The notes under the pieces: generated by a model | The model's input: only the letters and a program-made list of their open reading frames with translations | What the model was told of the DNA's origin: nothing | Database searches by the model: none | Position numbers and translations under genes: made by a program | DNA from: Macrostomum hystrix | Lineage: Eukaryota; Animalia; Platyhelminthes | NCBI GenBank assembly: GCA_950097015.1 | Contig: CATNEN010000014.1 | Location: 1,426,001 to 1,490,000, forward strand | Length of the DNA: 64,000 bases | Reading direction: 5' to 3' | Shown here: positions 61,410 through 64,000 of the stretch, piece by piece | Layout: each line of letters opens with the position of its first letter | Position numbering within the stretch: position 1 is the first letter of the stretch

Positions 61410-62975
61410 CAACATCACGTTAGTATCAAAGATGCCATCACGGATTTTTTATGACGGAGGGCCCGGCAGTCGCGGTCTGATTGTCTGATCGACGAGTCGG
61501 CAGATGGGTCGTTAAAAAGGTTGTCGTCCGAACCGGACGAGTGGACAGGCTGCAACTGGGTCAGCGGCCGGGCTCCTGGGCGGGGCAGGCAGCTGAGCCG
61601 GTGGGTTAACCACCGGCTTGGTGGGAGGACGATTCGTTGAGTTGGCAAGCGTCGACATCGGACTCCAGGGGAACTAGATGACTAGATGACTAGGGGCATA
61701 GACCGGCGGACCATGTGACCGGAAGCGGTGCGGAGGGTGACGTATCGGATGACGCGAGCGGGATCTGGGTAGAGTTGGACGATCCGACACAGCCTCCAGG
61801 TGGCCTGACGCGTCGGCTCGGCGAGGAGGCAAGCCTGGCCGGGCTGAAGATTTTGGGTGGGAGATCGCGTTTTGTTGCGGCGTCGTTTCTGCAGATGGAC
61901 CGAGCGTAGATGGCTGAGGTATTCACGGCTCCATCGGTTCCAGAATTCGTTCAGGATGGTTTCACGACGGCGGTGGAGGGCTCGAAGACGGTCAGCGGTT
62001 GGGGAGCCAGCATGGAGGAGCTTGTCGTTGAGGGCCGGAAGCATGTGGTGAGGACCGACACAGAGGAGGTCAGCTGGAGTCAGCGGTGACGGGTCTGCTG
62101 GGTCGCTGGAGACGGTAGTCAGTGGCCGGCAATTGAGGATGGCTTTGATCTTGACGAGAAGAGTGTGGAGCTCCTCGTCTGAGATTTGCTTGCGCAAAAA
62201 GGCAGGACGTAGGCTGGACTTGGTCAGTGCGACGTTTGACTGCTCCTTTGACTGCTTGACTGCAGTTTGACTGCAGTTTGACTGCTCCTTGATGCCACGG
62301 GGCGCGGACTGGAACGAGTTTGAATTCAAGGGGCCGTTGTGCGGCCATCGGTTGGAAGTCGGCGTGTGCAGCTTCCTCTAAAACGCGGTACCAATGTGGT
62401 TCGTCAGAAACTCGCTAGCTGCTTGAAAAGCAGTGGCCCGGTCCAGAGAGATAGTGCATTTTGTGAGGCCGCGACGGCTCAAGAAGCGCTCGAATGCGTG
62501 AATGATATCGTTAGCGGAGTAGTCTTAGAGGACCTCGATGTGAACTGCGCGGGTCGTACAGCAGGTAATGAGAAGGTGAAGACGGGACCAAGTTGGTCGA
62601 CAAGCACAAATTAGCAAAAGGGCCGGCTTCGATTTTGAGGCGCTATTTGGGCAGTGGGCCGTGTGCTGGCAGCTGGTGTGGTGAACCTTTTGCAAGGCGA
62701 CACTGGATGCAGCTGGCGAGGGTGTCGCGGACAGTGAGGAGCCCTTTCGGGATCCAGTATTTTTGGCGGAGCATGGCGAGAACGTTAGAAGCACCGGCGT
62801 GGCAGTTTTCACGGTGGATGAGCAGGGCAAGTAGCGGCCGTGTCAGGCGATGGTCGGGTGGCAGCAACAGCGGGTACTTGGAACCCTCGTCCATGGAGGC
62901 ATTGGAAAAACGGCTACCAAGGCGAAGGAGACCGTCGGAGAGGTGCAGGTCCATCTGGGGGATCCGTAGCTGAAT
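61410..62975 (-). mobile_element. pol: BEL/Pao integrase-region fragment related to 14934-17764
   Basis: KYPLLLPPDHRLT, HRENCHAG...KYWIP, CCTTRAVHIE, EELHTLLVKIKAILNCRPLT and FWNRWSREY; multiple frameshifts. Confidence 0.88.
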
Positions 62976-63390
62976 ATCGGGTGAAAGGCGCTGCGCAGCT
63001 GAGCTCCGCTAAGGTGGCGGAAGTTCTCATGACGTTACAGCTGAATCCGCTGTTGACCAGCACGACGTTTAGCTTAGTGTGGTGCGAAGAAAACGTAAGG
63101 CCCCAGCCGGCCAAGCATGCGTCATTTTATTAGAGCAAACCGGGGGGTGGTGCAACTATCGATTGGCATATCGACGTACATATCGCAAGCAGATAATTGG
63201 TTGGGCCAATGCACGCGGTTCTAGGCACAGCTAGCCAACATTCCGAGCACACATGTTAGATTAGAATATTACACTATCCTATCCAAGATGCTAATCATGA
63301 TTTTAAGCGGAAAAAGATAACCTCGCTTTAAAGCCATGAAAAAGAAAAATCAGAAAAAATATGCGACCTATTTTAACTTATTTCAAAACA

Positions 63391-64000
63391 TATCCCCTCA
63401 ACCCAATAGACCATGCTAGCACTTTGATATATTATAATATCCATTGACAAAGCTTGATAACCCCTCAACCCAATAGACCATGCTAGCACTTTGATATATT
63501 ATAATATCCATCGACAGAGCTTGATATCCCCTCAACCCAATAGACCATGCTAGCACTTTGATATATTATAATATCCATCGACAGAGCTTGATATCCCCTC
63601 AACCCAATAGACCATGCTAGCACTTTGATATATTATAATATCCATTGACAAAGCTTGATATCCCCTCAACCCAATAGACCATGCTAGCACTTTGATATAT
63701 TATAATATCCATCGACAGAGCTTGATATCCCCTCAACCCAATAGACCATGCTAGCACTTTGATATATTATAATATCCATCGACAGAGCTTGATATCCCCT
63801 CAACCCAATAGACCATGCTAGCACTTTGATATATTATAATATCCATCGACAGAGCTTGATATCCCCTCAACCCAATAGACCATGCTAGCACTTTGATATA
63901 TTATAATATCCATCGACAGAGCTTGATATCCCCTCAACCCAATAGACCATGCTAGCACTTTGATATATTATAATATCCATTGACAAGGCTTGATATCCCT
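63391..64000. repeat. 67-bp minisatellite (at least 9 copies, open at the window end)
   Basis: CCCCTCAACCCAATAGACCATGCTAGCAC recurs at 63461, 63528 and onwards. Confidence 0.96.

Overview
Eukaryotic, probably invertebrate, repeat-dense heterochromatin-like DNA; a free-living flatworm such as Macrostomum is only a guess. Positions 1-13.1 kb are a 23-bp satellite with kb-scale higher-order duplications. The centre (~25.5-44.0 kb) is a decayed endogenous Polinton/Maverick (adintovirus-like) genome. Recognisable genes are the penton, major capsid protein, A32-like packaging ATPase, a coiled-coil fibre-like protein, a membrane-lytic-like protein with 4x PSAP, an adenain-type protease (missed by the ORF track), pPolB and an adenovirus pX-like protein; no integrase is visible. 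A BEL/Pao LTR element (5-bp TSD, tRNAiMet PBS) and a non-autonomous Helitron are nested inside it, and removing either one in silico restores a viral reading frame. That Helitron family occurs 4 times, including one head-to-tail CTAG|TC junction, and carries several related minisatellites, among them the same 23-mer as the giant array. Also present are a Tc1 pseudo-element with TIRs, two further BEL fragments, a Gypsy gag fragment, a LINE RT fragment forming a ~720-bp inverted repeat, tRNA-Val-like SINEs, several unrelated minisatellites, and one apparently intact 3-exon host gene for an Ig-domain type I membrane protein. All alignments and identities were judged by eye and no database searches were run, so family names come from motif recognition.
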